Source: Paraspadella gotoi (lineage: Eukaryota > Animalia > Chaetognatha). From it: 64,000 bases of DNA. Positions 37,948 to 52,638 of the stretch are shown here, piece after piece. Position 1 is the stretch's first letter. Each line of letters opens with the position of its first letter. Where the stretch lies: the NCBI GenBank assembly GCA_051294375.1, contig CM119267.1, forward strand, positions 26,692,278 through 26,756,277, written 5' to 3'. The translations under genes and the position numbers were made by a program. The notes under the pieces are model-generated. The model was not told the DNA's origin, made no database searches, and saw nothing but the letters and a program-made list of their open reading frames with translations.

Positions 37948-38800
37948 TTTTTTATCGTCGCAATCGTTTAGCGTTTGCGACGATATTGTAATGCTTTTGC
38001 GCATAAGTGGCGTCGTTGTCGTTGGCGTTGTTGTCGTCGGCGTTCCAAATTATAGATCGCCTTTTTTATGATTAAATTTGGGTGTATGAAGCTGAAAATT
38101 TATATACAGCTTCTCATCATCGATTTGCTTAAAATTGAGTCTGGACAGTTATTAAATATGTTTTGTTTACGTTTTATCAAAACAAACAAATTTTCTCTCT
38201 TTTATTTTCATATTTCTTTCTCTCTCTCTTTTCTCTTTTAATTACATGTCTCTCTCCCTCTCTCTTTTCCCTAGTCACTGATTCATAACATAAGGGAAAA
38301 AAACGAGTCTGCAGCTGGCTCTGCAGAGGCTTATTCTTTTTTTCTCTTTTCTCCTGCTGCTGCCTTTTGAGTCTGCAGCTGGCTCTGCAGGGGCTTATTC
38401 TTTATCTCTCTTTTCTCCTGCTGCTTCTGCTGCTGCCTTTTGATTTCTTTCTTTTTTCTCTGCGTTTTTTTTTTTTAAATTGAAATAGGATTGAACTCGT
38501 AAAATTAGGCATCGCATTCGTGCATGTTATCATTTTGCTATCGCAACATTAGGTTTTTATTTCTTTTTTTTTTCTCAGGGGCTACGTCTGCTGATTATTT
38601 TATTTTTTGACAATGAAAATTTTTAAAAATTTTTTTTCAGAAACTAACTTTAATTTATAATTTATAAAATATAATTTTTCTTTCTGTTTATAAATTAATT
38701 TTCTTTTCTCAAATTTTATTTTTTTTAGTATCAAAATTTGTCATCAATCCAGATTTTTCTTATGCGATTGCGACGATCCTTATGCTTTTAAGATTTTTTT
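37948..38800 (+). mobile_element. HINE-like family 3, full copy
   Basis: 5' ATCGTCGCAATCG..TTGCGACGAT hairpin, (GTC/GTT)n tract, 3' CGATTGCGACGAT plus the same stem-loop as family 2, T-runs on both sides. A second copy lies at ~28110-28785. Confidence 0.78.
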
Positions 38801-38932
38801 TTATGGTAAATAGAAATGTAATAAATATTATATTTTCTGAATAAAACCTGTTATGAAAAAAGTGTATAAACTTAATTTTATTAGAAAATAGTAATTAAAT
38901 ACTCAAAATAATTTGATATAAATAATTAAATA

Positions 38933-39800
38933 CATGGTGACAATTTTACAAGCGCCAGTAAAAAAACGCTATCATTTGCAAACCAGTGGTTATTTCATTG
39001 ATTTTAAAAATTAGTTGGGAAGAAAATATTAAAGTCATTTATGTGTTCAAATTTTATATTGATCAGTTAAGATATGCCTTGGCAATGAGTGGAGAAAGTT
39101 GGCTTGTAAAATCGGGTTTCATTTTCCAACTCACTGTTTTTAAATTCAATTTTTTTTTTACTTTTAGCACTTTTTTAAACAAAGTATTTATTAAAATATT
39201 AACAATAATAATATCCTCAGAAAGCCCTTAAAAAATGAAGAGAATTATATACTTACGAAAGCTCCAACATAATAATTAAGCTGCCCAGCCTTGGTTCAAT
39301 TAAGAGAGTCAAAAGTGAATTATCTAAAATTTTAAATCTATTTTTAAAATATATGACCTGTTTAAATTATTATAACATAAAATATTATTATTTATATAAG
39401 TATCATGAAAGAGCCTGAAAAAAATAGATTTAAGATAGCCAATCACAATTTGATAAAAATCTGAAATTTACCATCCAGCTATTAATTTTTGGAAAAATTT
39501 TTTGTTTTTGAGTATCCTAATTAAATTAAAGCTGGGCCGGTTAAATTTTATACTACATTATTTGTAAGTACGTCATTCTCTTTAGATTTGAAAGGGCTTT
39601 CAGAAGTTAATAATATTAATATTATTTTATTTCAAATTTCTTCAGAAAACTTACTGAAAGTAAGAGAACAAAATTGAATCTAAAAAAAGTTAGTTGGAAA
39701 ATGAAACCCGATTTTACAAGCCAACTTTCTCCACTCATTGTCAAGGCATATCTTAACAGATCAATATAAAATTTAAACACATAAATGACTTTAACATTTA
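38933..39800. mobile_element. Second copy of the CATGGTGAC long-TIR element, right end truncated
   Basis: 39010-39230 is inverted against 39590-39795; matches both arms of 5760-12007. Confidence 0.8.
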
Positions 39801-42800
39801 CATTTATATAAATTATTAATATATTAAAAATCGAAGTAAATCTTTAGTACATGTTTTTGCCGAACTAATTGGTATTTTGGGCTAAAAATAAATTTTGATG
39901 TTCGGATAAAATATTTGAGTTAATTTAATAAAAAATTAAGGTGTTTAATTAAGTTAAGATTTTTTCCTGACGTCAATATTATATTATGTATTATATTATT
40001 TTCCTGCATTCTCGTTACTTTACTCCTGGTTAGGATACCTTTTCAGAGAATTATTTAACGTGTGACAAATATTCAAATATATAATTATATTGAAGTTTAA
40101 TTTTTTCTGATAAATAGCTTTAAAAGAACCCTAACTTTGTGTTAAATAATAATCATTTTTAATGTGTCGATCTTAACAGAATTTGCGATTCACGATTAGG
40201 ATTACTTAATATAAGGAAANNNNNNNNNNNNNNNNNNNNNNNNNCGGAAAGCATCTTCGCAAAGAGCCGTCGTCAAGGAGACGTAACATGCGACTTTTCA
40301 CGGGCGAGCCACGCCCTCGAAAAAGTGGAGACGCAGATGTTCGCGACGAACGGGCTAACGTCGCGCACGTTTAAGGACAACATTTGTATAAGGAATCAGA
40401 AAGACGCCTAAAGAGCCGAGATCACTGAATAAGAAAACGGGTAAGAGAATGCGGAAGTCCGCAGGCTTCGTCAAGGAGGACGGGACGGCCGGGGCCGCCT
40501 CGAGATAGACGGGGAGTCGAAACCAAACGCTGCGATAAAAGGTCGAGGGGTCATAAACTCAAGAGTAACGATATTATTCATGAAGGCGACCGCTCCCCGC
40601 ACATAATAATTCAATTATTGAATTTCTTTTCTTCAAGAGATCTTGTACAAGAATCATGAACGCGCAAAGGCAACCGCGGCGCAGAAGATGCTCGACATAG
40701 GAAGAGGAACTGCTACGTGGCGAAGCAACGCGAATCACCCAGACAGAGCGAAGCGTTTTCGCGGGCCTGGAACTCGTGTTATAAACTCGGGGGATAGCAC
40801 GCTTACGGCGAATTCGTTCACCTCGTCGTCATGAACGGACGTCACAAGGCGCTGTATTGGACCCGGGGCGATCACGAGGGCCGGCTTCCCGCAATGGTCG
40901 AGTTTATACCTCGGTTTATTAATTTAATACTTGCTTAATTCCGATCTGGTGGTCTGAAAATCCTGTGGGGGGAGTGTCGAATTTATGTCCGTTCACGAGG
41001 CGCACTGCTAAGTTAGAAGAAATCCGACTCATTAGAAACGGTATGTATTATCTCCGTATTCGTCTATAAGGCAAGTTGAATTTATCTCTTAGCCAGTTTG
41101 CAGAGAGAAGCGGAGCCGGCGGGGATGAAAATAAAACAAAGTAGTTTTGCTGATGATTCCGGTCATGCTCATTGCCCTTGATTAGTGAGTTTTAATGAAA
41201 TATTCCGCTCATTGGAATAATTATTGATCTTCATTTTACAGCTCATCAATTTGACACTGTTATAAGGTTTTTGACTGTTCACTGCGTCTTCTCAACACTT
41301 AAATATCAGCTATACTTGTAGGCTTCTACACAATCTACTGGCATTGTGATTGATAGACCCAGACATTTAAAATTAAGGTTCTTGAAAAATTAGCCTTTTT
41401 TACTTATATTAATTTGGAATACCTTTGATGCCATCTTTATGTATGCGATATAAGTCTTGTTATTAATATTCTCTTCTCTCCTCTCTCTCTCTTTCTCTTC
41501 TCCTCTTTTTGCGGCTTATCTTTCTCGCCTACTAATGTCTCCGATCTTCCTTCTCTCTCTCTCTATCTCTCTCTCTCTCATTCCCCCCGGCCGTCCCAAA
41601 TAACGATCGCCATGACTGCACTATGCAATTTTCCGCCGTGTTTGTTACTCACATAATTTTTTCGTGACGCCTCGCCTTACCCCTTTACGACGACGTGCAT
41701 CAAAATTAAACGACGACGGAAATCAAGACGTACGTATAATCGATACTGAGGAATTAAATGAGAGAAAATACTGCGCGAAAATAAGTGGAACATAATAGAA
41801 GAAATCCCTTCAGCGAATCGCGGATAGTAAAAACAGGGGGGGGTTGGAAGGGGGGGTGAGGAATGGGGGTGAGGAAAGGAGGGGGGTGGAAGGAAGGGGG
41901 AGGGTGAGTAAGGGGGGAGGTGAGTGAAGGAGATGAGATGAAAAGAGGAGGTCAAAAAATGGTCGAGCATGGTCGATGAGTGGCTGAGGGAAGGATCGAG
42001 AGATTGTCAAAGGGATACCATGCTTTCGGCAGGTTCAAAGGCGGAGACAAGGAAGAGTGATGGTGATCCTCGCCTCATGGTCTGCGAGAGGGTCATCCAA
42101 ATAAAAAATGGGGAGAAGATTGCGTCGGTGCCATTTAATAAATTAATATGCTTATTAATTATTAATTCGGCCTACAAAAACGTACAATTGTTTTCTTTTG
42201 GGAAGAAAAATCTTCATTTTCCTCTCCCATCTCTGAGTTATGAGATTCTGTTCCAACGAACAAAAAAAAAAAAGAAAGAAAATCTGAAGAATCTATTTCC
42301 GGTTTCTGTCACCGAAAGGAATGTTATTCTTTTTTTTCTTTTACAAGAATAATTTAATGCATTGTATCGTGTCGAAAGTTTGGCGCTTGATTTCCACGCC
42401 TGGTGACGGAAAGAAAAGCAGAACGACACGACGAACGGACCGACTACACAGCGACGACGAATGACCCCGACGTCGCAAGAAGGACAAAGGGAACCTCGTT
42501 CGATGAACGATGACGACGACGACGACGCGACGAACGACGACATGATGATTTTCATTCCGGAAAACAACCGAAAGACGACACTCGATGATGACGGTGGACG
42601 AACGATAATAATGAACGCCACCGTACACCGGAATAACGCAGTCGCAAAAACAAAAGAAGCCGCGAAAATTTAGCGAGTTATTTCGAGCGATGATTCCTGG
42701 CGGCGTAAGGCGTCTGCGTCGGCGGCGGCGGCGGCGCGGCGGCGGGCGGTGAAGGCGAAGAGAGGCGTCGTTTTCTCGACTCGGTCCTCTCATTTCGGTT

Positions 42801-43259
42801 CATCCACCATTTTTTTTTTGGCTGCTTGCGTGCCTTAGATGCCTTTAATGGGCCTTCCTTTTTTATTGCGGCATTTATGACTTTTAATGCCCTTTATTCC
42901 TCTTTATGCCTTTCATTCACCTCACCTTCTAACTTATTGGACTTCACGAAAATTGGCCAATTTAGGGGCGGGTCGAGCGACCGGAATATTTTATCGATTA
43001 TTTTCGTCTATTTTTACCGAGGCGTAACTCATTTGACCTGATATATTATTTTCATGAGGCGTAATAAACTTTCCTCTCTAAACATTCGCAATCGCTTGGA
43101 TTTATTATCTAGTCTAAATTTTGGCATTTAATTCACTCTTCTACTTTAAAAAAAAATGGTTAGCTAAAGAATTTTTTTAAATTATTCTTATAATTTAATA
43201 AAAAAGATAGAATTAAGATTTGTTTCTCAAGGTACCTCAAACAACCATCTCGAGTTTTC

Positions 43260-44074
43260 CTTCTCATGACTCTCACTCTCTCTCATCTCTCTCTTCAGCT
43301 CGTTCTTCTCTTGCTTCTCTCTCTCTCTCTCTTTCTCTCTCTCTTCTCTCTCCCTCTCATCTCTCCTCTCTCTCTCTTTCTTCTCTCTCCCACGCCTATT
43401 TCTCTATCTCTTCGTCTCTCTCATCTATCTGCTCTACACATTTTCTCTCTTTATCTGCATCGTTAAATTTTTTCTATTTTTCCTCTTTCTCTCTGCTTCT
43501 CATCTTCGCTCTCTCATCTTTCGCCAAAGATTATAGACACGCACTTTCCCTTTTTTTCTCTACTCGCACTTGGTCTCACATCATTTACACCTTGTTTGTC
43601 GATTACATTACGTTAGATCTTCGGCCTTCTTTTTTCAAAAAAAGATCTTTTTTATTTTATTAACTATATAGTTCTTTCCAATTTTGTATAAGCGAGAATT
43701 CCTTTTAGTATCTTTTTTTGGCGGTCGGTTTGATTCCCTTTTTCTTCATTACCGTCCCATCTTGGATGCGTAATAGTTTATAAATTTTTAACTGAAGCGT
43801 TTATTATAATTATATGGTAGTAGCTTTTCTTTACTCTTATTTTCGTTATATTTCTCTCTCATTGAGACTGCCGGTATCCGTTTTACCAATTTCACATTAC
43901 ACTTTGTCACTGATTTCAAAATATATTTTTCGACAGTTTCTATATTTACACTTTTTTAAGTCTCTTTCCTCTAAAACCATCTTTTCCTCTCTTCCTTAGA
44001 AATTCCAGGACGAATTTTCGCTTTTCTTAATTTCTTCCTCATATATGTGGTTTCTTCTCTGCTTCATCCTCATC

Positions 44075-44153
<79 letters not shown>

Positions 44154-44363
44154 CTCTCTTTCCTCCAACGTTTATACCCTTTTCCAAGTTTCCGATCTGC
44201 TGCCCGTTAAATTTTTATTTTTTAATTTCCTTCTTTCCATCTTTTGCGAAGGGATTATGACAATCAACTCTCGGCTTCGAGGAAAGACGAAGGCGCATGG
44301 GCGGGAGGAGAAGGAGGAATATCACAATGAGCTCGAAATGGACTTCCGGCTATGGAGGGCGAG

Positions 44364-44430
<67 letters not shown>

Positions 44431-45837
44431 AGAAGAGACCGCGCAAGAGATAGGACGGAGACATCTTTTTGGGAAAGGCATAACGACGTGACGGAGGCGG
44501 CCCGCGTGGAAGAGACAAATGAAACAACTCTTTTTCTCGAGCCGAGGAGGGAAAGGAGGGACGGGACGAGAGAGAGAGAGAGAGAGCACGGAGAGAGAAG
44601 AGAAGAAGAGAGAAGAGAAGAGAGAGAGAGAGGAGAACATTTTTGGAAGAGAAATTCCGCTCAATCTAATCTTTCCTTTCTTATGTATTTTCTTTATCTC
44701 CTTGCTCTAATGTTCTATGTTTTCTTTCTCTTCATCTTTCTCCTCCTATTTCTCTTTTATTTCTTTCTCTATTCCCTCTCTCTCGCCTCATCTTTTCGTC
44801 TTCTCTCTCTGTCTCGACTTCTCTTCGACTCTTTCTCGTCTTCAATTCTCTTATCTCTTATTTCTAATGTCTCACTCTCTTCTCTCTTTCTCTCTCTATC
44901 CTCGCTTCCTTCTCGTTGCTTTCTTTTTCATTCACTCCAGAGTTGAAGGACGACAGTGAAGGTTTTTGAAATTTTTTTTCACGCTCCCCCCCTTTCTCTC
45001 TCTCTCTCTTTCTCAATTCTCTCAATTCTCGTGTTTGTCAATCTCTCTTTCCTCTTTCTTTCTCAATCTTTCTTTTCTTTTCGTTTCCTTTCTTTTTTTT
45101 ATAACTTCTTCCATTCTCAATCTCTCTTCCTCTCTGGGTCCTCTTTTCCCGGGATAGGATGAATTCTCACTCAATTTTTTTCTTCCTCCACAAAATTCCC
45201 CGCCCACCTCCCGCCCCCCCCTTTAGCCCCCCGCAAAAAATTTGTCGCCTGAAAATGGGCCGGGACACCTTCAACTCCACAACCTTCACTCCCCCCGCCC
45301 CCTCGCCCACCCACCAACAGAATTAAAATGGATGGAATATCTTTTTTCCTTTTCTCTCTCTTCTCTCCTCTTCTCTCTCTCTCATCTCTTCTCTCCTCGA
45401 TCTTCTCTCTCTCCCTCTTCCTCCCCCTCCTCCCCTCTCCCTCTCCTTCCCCTCTCTCTCTCTCCTCTCTCTCCTCTCTCTCTCTCTCTATCTTATCTCT
45501 CTCTCTCTCTCTCGTCGAGTCCGCGAAATATGCCCAAAATCTAAACGAGAGGAAAATATGTTTCTCTCTTCTTCTCTCTCTCTCTCTCTTCTCGTCTCTC
45601 TCTCTTCTCTCCTTCTCTCTCTCTTCTCTCTCTCTCTCTCTCTTCCCTTTTTCCGCTTTTTTACGTCCCTTAATCCGCATTTCTGCGCTGAGAAAATTCC
45701 CGACTCGCGACGTCGAACGAATTACGAAATCTTTTTCTTTTTTTTCTTTTTCCTTTTTTCGCTCTGTTTTGGAAAGCGAGGATCGAAATTGACTCGACTA
45801 ATGCATCGTAGGAGGAAGAGTGGGGGTATGAGGGGAA

Positions 45838-45880
<43 letters not shown>

Positions 45881-47088
45881 AGGAGGGAGGGTGGAAGATG
45901 AGGAGAGAGAGAGAGGAGAGAAGAGAGAGAGAGAGAGAAGAGAGAGGGAAGTACTTTTGAGAAGTCGTTCCTCTCTTGTTTGCTTGGTTTGTCGTATAAA
46001 AAACCCATTTATAGCCATACGATTAAATTCCAACAAACTTTTTTTTTCTTTCAGTTTTTTTTTTCCCGTCTCTTTTCTCTCTTTTTCTTGTTTTCTTTCT
46101 TTCCATCTTTGGAAAAAGGGATAATGCCCGTGACGAGTGTTTAGCCCACTCTCACACTCACAAACGCCAAAAATAACTCCACTTCGAACTTTCTTGGGGC
46201 GCCTTACTCCAAAACTTATCTCATGCATATTTTTTATCATTTTACTTCCACGAGCCTGTCGGCGCGGTCCAAAACTTTCGGACGATCTCTCTCATCTCCT
46301 CTCTCTCTTTCTCTCTCCTCTGTCGAGTCTCTTCATCTCGCGTTCAGCTTGTTATCTCTCCGGTCCATCAGCCGATCTTTCTCTCTCGTCCCAACAATTT
46401 TCTCTCAGATCTCTTCTAACATCTTCTCCCTTCTCTCTCTCTCTCTGCTCCGTTCTTCTCTCTCTTCTCTTTTCCCCCTCGTCTTTCTCTCTTCTTTTTC
46501 ACACTTCCCTCCTCATACTAAACCATTAATTTCATTTTTCTACTTTTAACTCTGACGACAAAATTTTAATACTTTTTTTTCCTTCTGCTAAGAAAACTAC
46601 TTTTTTTCCTGTCGTTGGTTCTCATTTTTTTTTTTGTGAACGAAAGCTTACAACAAGAATGGTTCAATTTGCTTTTTACAATTTAATGTATTTTTTTTTT
46701 CATTTAATAATTTTACATAGAAACCTATTAAGTAAACAGCAAAAAAATCCAACTAATTAAAAAAAAAATAAATCATATAAGTCATATCGTTTTTCCCTTA
46801 GGACTAAGTATAGAAACCAGAAATGGATATAAAATTGATATAACTTCAAATTTTTGTTCATATCTATTTATTTCATATTTAAAAATGTTTTAGATTTGTC
46901 CTTGACGTGAAATAATGAAAAAAAAGAAAATGAAAAATACTCGATTTATTCGCTTCACAAGATAAGCGTCTGATGGAATTTGTTTCCCACCGGCGATGGC
47001 AAATATTTTCTTCGTTCGGGGAAAAAGTTGACGAGGGAAGGGTGATGATTCCACAATTCAACGGCGTCATAGGGCGGAACAGAGAGAG

Positions 47089-47152
<64 letters not shown>

Positions 47153-47195
47153 AGTTAAGAAGAGAGAGAGAGTAGAGAGAGCGAGAGAGAGAATA
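43260..47195. repeat. CT/AG low-complexity and microsatellite-rich tract
   Basis: Alternating (CT)n and (AG)n runs; the ORFs here are S/L or E/R artefacts. Confidence 0.9.
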
Positions 47196-49299
47196 CATAG
47201 TGGAAAAAGGCAAAACCAGAAAGATTCCCCAAATTTCTTCGATTTTGGTTAAGGGACCCAGTGATAAAATGGATATCATAAGCTTAAGGGGTCCTTATCA
47301 TCAAAGGAATTTGATGGTGATAGTCATTAATTTTTTCTTTTGCACGGGAAAGTGACAAAAAAATTCCTATCTCTTAATTCTAGCGGAAAACGAAAAATTT
47401 AATAATTAATGAAAAAAAATTTAGTGCCCCTACCTAAATATTTATATAATCATTCTTTTTATTTTTGCATTTAGAAAGTATTTTTTACTTTAAATTCCAA
47501 TTTTCTTATTTTTTACTGTAGCAAGCTATAATTTTTAGGTTTAGCCATCATTGAACAAAGGCTATTACAAGAACTAATATTTTTTTGATTTTTATATTAT
47601 TTTAATATTTACTTAAAAGCAGATAAATCAACACCTAAATTCTATTCTTAACAGAACAACTGTAATAATTATTAATTAATATTCTATATTCATCCCTTAA
47701 ATTATAAATTACTATATTAATCCTAATTATAACAATTAAATTTAGCAAAGTACAGAATCTTTTCTCTTCCTTTTATATTTATGATCCTCAAAGAGTTTTA
47801 TTTTCAATCAAATTAACAGAAATCAATGTTGAAAAGAAAAGTTTAACAGTAAAATCAGTCGATACCTTTAAATTTTGGAGAGGATTCATTCCTTGTTTTT
47901 TTTTTTTCTTATAAAATTTTTGTGATAAAAGCAGAAAATCTTTTTAAAATTAGATCTTACCCTTTTTTAGAAAAAAAAAAAAAATTTTTTAAACTTGAAA
48001 AGATTTTCTTCGCTTAACGATTTTTTAAAGAAAATTAAGCTCCGCTGGCTTTTATCCGAATTTTTTAACTACTTTCCCCAAATGATTAATAGAAGAAAAA
48101 ATTATATGATCAGAACCAGCTTAAGTTAAAGGGTCAAACGTTATGGGTTTCCAAAAGCTTTTTACCCCCCTGTTTCACTTGGGTCCCTTAAGGGTCTCTC
48201 TTCATTTTTAATTGAAAAAAAAAAAATTCGGAATTTTCTTTTCTTTTTGTTCCAGGCTGCGGTCCATCTTTTTTTCTTGGTTGGTTGTTTGTCGTTGTTT
48301 GCTGTCGTTGTTGTCGTCTGTGAACTGATTTCTCTTCTTAAGGCAACGCGTGGAAATCGCCTTTCTTTTCTTTTTTTTTTCTTTTTTTCGTCCCTCAGAC
48401 CTCGAATGAAAAAGAAAACTAATGGAACGAAAGAAAATAAAATGTTAACGTTTTACACGAGGAGAAAACTTGATCGTGTCGCAAATTTTTGGCAATCGTC
48501 GTCGGTGGTCGTCGGTGGTCGTCGTGGTCGTTTTCCGTCTTATATCCCTTTCCGTTGTTTCGGTCGTCTCTGTCACTAGCATGAAAATCAGAATTAAAAG
48601 TTTATTGTGGTGTTGGTTGTTATTTTTTTTTTTTTTTTTCGTTTAAATTACCGAGAAAATTGTTTTTCTTTTCATTTTTTTTCTTTAATCTTTTTTTGAA
48701 ATTTATGTTTTAATATTATATGTTGAATTTTAATGATACCCGAACGATTCCGGCCAAGGGTTTTTCGCCAGTAGACCTCAAGAAAGGAAATGTTTCAACG
48801 ACAGGGGTTCAACACCGCTAACTTTTTTTTTCTTACCGAGACCTAAATAAATATTTAAAGTGGGATCACCGAAAAAAAGCACATAAAAATATCTATCAAC
48901 GCTGTTGCCATGGTTTTATCCGTACAGAAGTTGATCCTTTGACTCAAATTTTTCAGTTTAGTTATAGTAAATTCTCAATAATCCTGATAATAAGCATATC
49001 CCTTCATCTATAATATATTTATAATAGTAAACTATTAACAGATTTTGACAAAAACAATCAACGACGAAAAATTGTTACCTTACTAGAAGCAGTCAACGTT
49101 CAATCCCGTAAAAGGCCTGAACAAGAAAGAAAAAAAATGGGAAAGATAAGAAAAAAATTTCCTAGAGGAAATTGGCTTCTCTGTCTCGGCCCCCTGGGCA
49201 GAGAGCCAGGACACGATTAACATTGTAGAAAAATGGGAGAACGGGGACAATTAGATAGGGAAAGAGGATCCTATGGCCAGAAGATGGTCCTCGAGCGGG

Positions 49300-52200
49300 C
49301 AGCGCTTTTTTATGCAAAGGGAAATATAAAAAGTGCCTCATGAGATCGGGACACTTAGAAAGATAAGGCGCCAAGGAGGGGAAGCCCGCAATGTGAAGGA
49401 GGCAGGGAGAAAAGACGATCCGAACTAAAGACAAACAATATAGCTTCTTTTTTTAACTCTCATGAACAAAAGATTTCAAAGAAGTATTAAATTAATAAGG
49501 AAACGAGAGTAGGGAAAAAGGTTTGCGGTAATGGGGGATTAAAAGATTCTTGAAGAAAAGAATTTCATAATTAATTTATGATGCTATAATTATGTACCAT
49601 GATTGAAAAAAAAAAATTGTCCGCGGTTTGGAAAGTCGGTTAATTTCAGTTGTCAAACATTATATTTTTGCCGTTAAATAGAGTTTTAATATATACATAT
49701 GACTTCCCTAGTAGAGTGGAGCCACTTGGGAACATAAAATTTTTATTATGAAGCTGAATCAAACACAGGATTTTTAAGATGTGAGATCGTATGATTAAGG
49801 AATACAAAAAATATTTTGCTTGTAATTTGTTTGGGGAAAGTATCATTAATTACAATATATTTATAGTAATTCCTTAGAAATAATAAATTTTCAAAAATAA
49901 TTTTTTAAATTTTTTATTAAAGATCTGATTCTTCATAAAAAGTTAGATCAAAAATATAAATATGTTATTTAAAATTTCAATGTCTTCAGCGTCAAAAATG
50001 GAAAAATAGGTCAATTTCCACTTTTTTACACTTTGTAATAGCAACTATTAATTATTATATATGAACAATTTTAGTCATTTTTTGCAGCTTTAACCTAAAA
50101 TATCTAAACATATTTTACAAAAGTTTTTTCAAGTTTTTTTCCAGCGAATCCAAAACAGTTCTCAAATTAAAAAATATGATTTTGAAATTTATGAATTTTA
50201 TAAGGATATTTAACTATATAGAATTATTCAATTAATGATACTGTTTATCAAATTTATTTGAAAAGGGGCTTAAATTAATTTTTTTTTTACATTACAAGGC
50301 AAGCAAAATACATTGGTTCATCGCTCAATTTTTCATTACTCTACCCTTTTCCCTAGGACTGAATAAAACTATTATTTCTCAACCGCATAAAATTGTTCAT
50401 TGCATACAATTACTTCAACTGTTTTTCCGCCTCTTTTTGGATAAGAGAAATATCATATTATTATTAATATTATATTTCTGACATAATATTTTTTTTAATT
50501 TTGGCAAAAAATGGTCTTTTTTGGCAAGCAGTGAAATGGATTGATTCCTCTATAAAATAACAGGCTTGAGTGTTGGCAGCTTCATGTGTTGACGCAATCC
50601 GTCCTTCCCTCAACAAAATCTTTGATTTTTTTTTTTTTTTTGACTGTTTGATACTATGTTTTTGATAATACAACAGAGGTAAATAAAATTAGTGTTGGCA
50701 TAAAAACCCACCCCAAAAAATTTTAAAAAACAGCTAAAAAAACCAATATAAAATCTACTAAAAGCCCAGGTTTTTTTGTTTTTTTAAGAAAATTACTTGA
50801 TTTTTTTATATGAAATATTAAATTGTTGAAGCGCAAATTTAAATCAATATCAGATACATCAATTTTACAAAGCTTAATATATAATTTATGATAAAAATAA
50901 CACTAACCTATGTTTTACATGTTTACTATCAGTATCACTTTCGGTTGCTGGATTTCTGTACCATCAACAATTTAATGTTTCATATTAAAAAATCAAGTAA
51001 TTTTAAAAAAAACAAAAAAACCTACTTTTTAGTAGATTTTTATTGGTTTTTTTAGCTGTTTTTTAAAATTTTTTGGGGTGGGTTTTTATGCCAACACTAA
51101 TTTTATTTACCTCTGTTGTATTATCAAAAACATAGTATCAAACAAGTCCAAAAAAAAAGAAAAATCAAAGATTTTGTTGAAGGGAAGGACGATGCGTCAA
51201 CACATGAAGCAGCAACAACTCAAGCCTTGTTTATTTTATAGAGGATCAATCCATTTCACTGCTTGCCAAAGACCATTTTTTGCCCAAAATTTGATAAAAA
51301 AAATATTATGTCAGAGATATAATATTAATAATAATATGAGTAGTTCTCTTGATCAAAAAGAGGCGAAAACAGTTGAAGTAATTGTATGCAATGAACAATT
51401 TTATGCGGTTGAGAAATAATATTTTTATTCAGTCCTAGGGAAAAGGGTGGAGTAATGAAAAGATTGAGCGATGGAACAATGTTATTTTGCTGCCTTTGTA
51501 TATGTAATAAAAAATAATTAAGCCCCTTTTCAAATAAATTTTGCATAACAGTATCATTAATTGAATATTCTATATAGTAATATCCTTATAAAATCATAAA
51601 ATTTCAAAATCATATTTTTTTAATTTTAAGAACTGTTTTGGATTCGCTGGAAAAAACTGAAAAACTTTTGTAAAATATGTTTTATGATATTTTTAGGTTA
51701 AAGCTGCAAAAAATGACTAAAATGTTTCATCATATAATAATTAATAGTTGCTATTACAAAGTGTAAAAAAGTGGAGAATTTGACCTATTTTTTCCATTTT
51801 TGACGCTGAAGACATTGAAATTTTTAATAACATATTTTATATTTTTGATCTAACTTTTTATGAAGAATCAGAATCTTTAATAAAAAATTTAAAAAAATTA
51901 TTTTGAAAATTTATTATTTTCTAAGGATATTACTATAAATATATTGTAATTAATGATACTGTTCCCCAAACAATACAAGCAAAATATTTTTTGTATTCCT
52001 TAATCATACGATCTCACATCTAAAAATCCTTGTTTGTTCACTCAAATAAAATTTATGTTCCCAAGTGCTCCACTCTACTAGGGAAGTCATATTATATATT
52101 AAAACTCTGTTTAACGGCAAAAAATATGTTTGACAATGAAATTAACCGACTTTTCCAAACCGCGACAATTTTTTTTTCAATCATGGTACATAATTTATAG

Positions 52201-52470
52201 CATCATAAATTAATTATTGAATTTCTTTTCTTCAAGAATCTTTAATCCCCCATACCGCAAACCTTTTTCCCTACTCTCGTTTCCTTTATTAATTTAATAC
52301 TTCTTTGAAATCTTTTTTTTCATGAGAGTTAAAAAAAGAATGCTATATTGTTTGTCTTTAGTTCGGATCGTCTTCTCCCTCGCCTCCTTCACATTGCGGC
52401 TTCCCTCCTTGCGCCTTATCTTCTAATGTCCCGATCTCATGAGGCACTTTTTTATATTTCCCTTTGCATT
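49300..52470. repeat. Inverted duplication with ~1.5-kb arms, centred near 50900
   Basis: 49300-50830 is the indel-ridden reverse complement of 50960-52470 and includes a broken antisense copy of the PIGN exon starting at 52362. Confidence 0.9.
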
Positions 52471-52511
52471 ACGATGTTTTTTTGGATCGCATTAGAACAC
52501 CAGTCCCTCAG
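52362..52511 (+). CDS. PIGN: PIGN internal exon
   Basis: gtctttag acceptor and ag|gtttgt donor. Translates SDRLLPRLLHIAASLLAPYLLMSRSHEALFYISLCITMFFWIALEHQSL, like PIGN '[25 protein letters not shown]...MFVWINIEQETL'. Confidence 0.9.
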
Positions 52512-52638
52512 GTTTGTTCTTCTAGATCGTAGTACGTATAGCACCAATGGTTCATTAAAATTTACTCATTACCTTTCAACACCAGTGCCTTGGATACATA
52601 TTTTAGAATATAAATATAAATCTAAATATATAATTTTT

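Noticed and set aside
43220-46549. Many long ORFs (up to 299 aa)
   Set aside because: Translations of CT/AG microsatellite; open in several frames.
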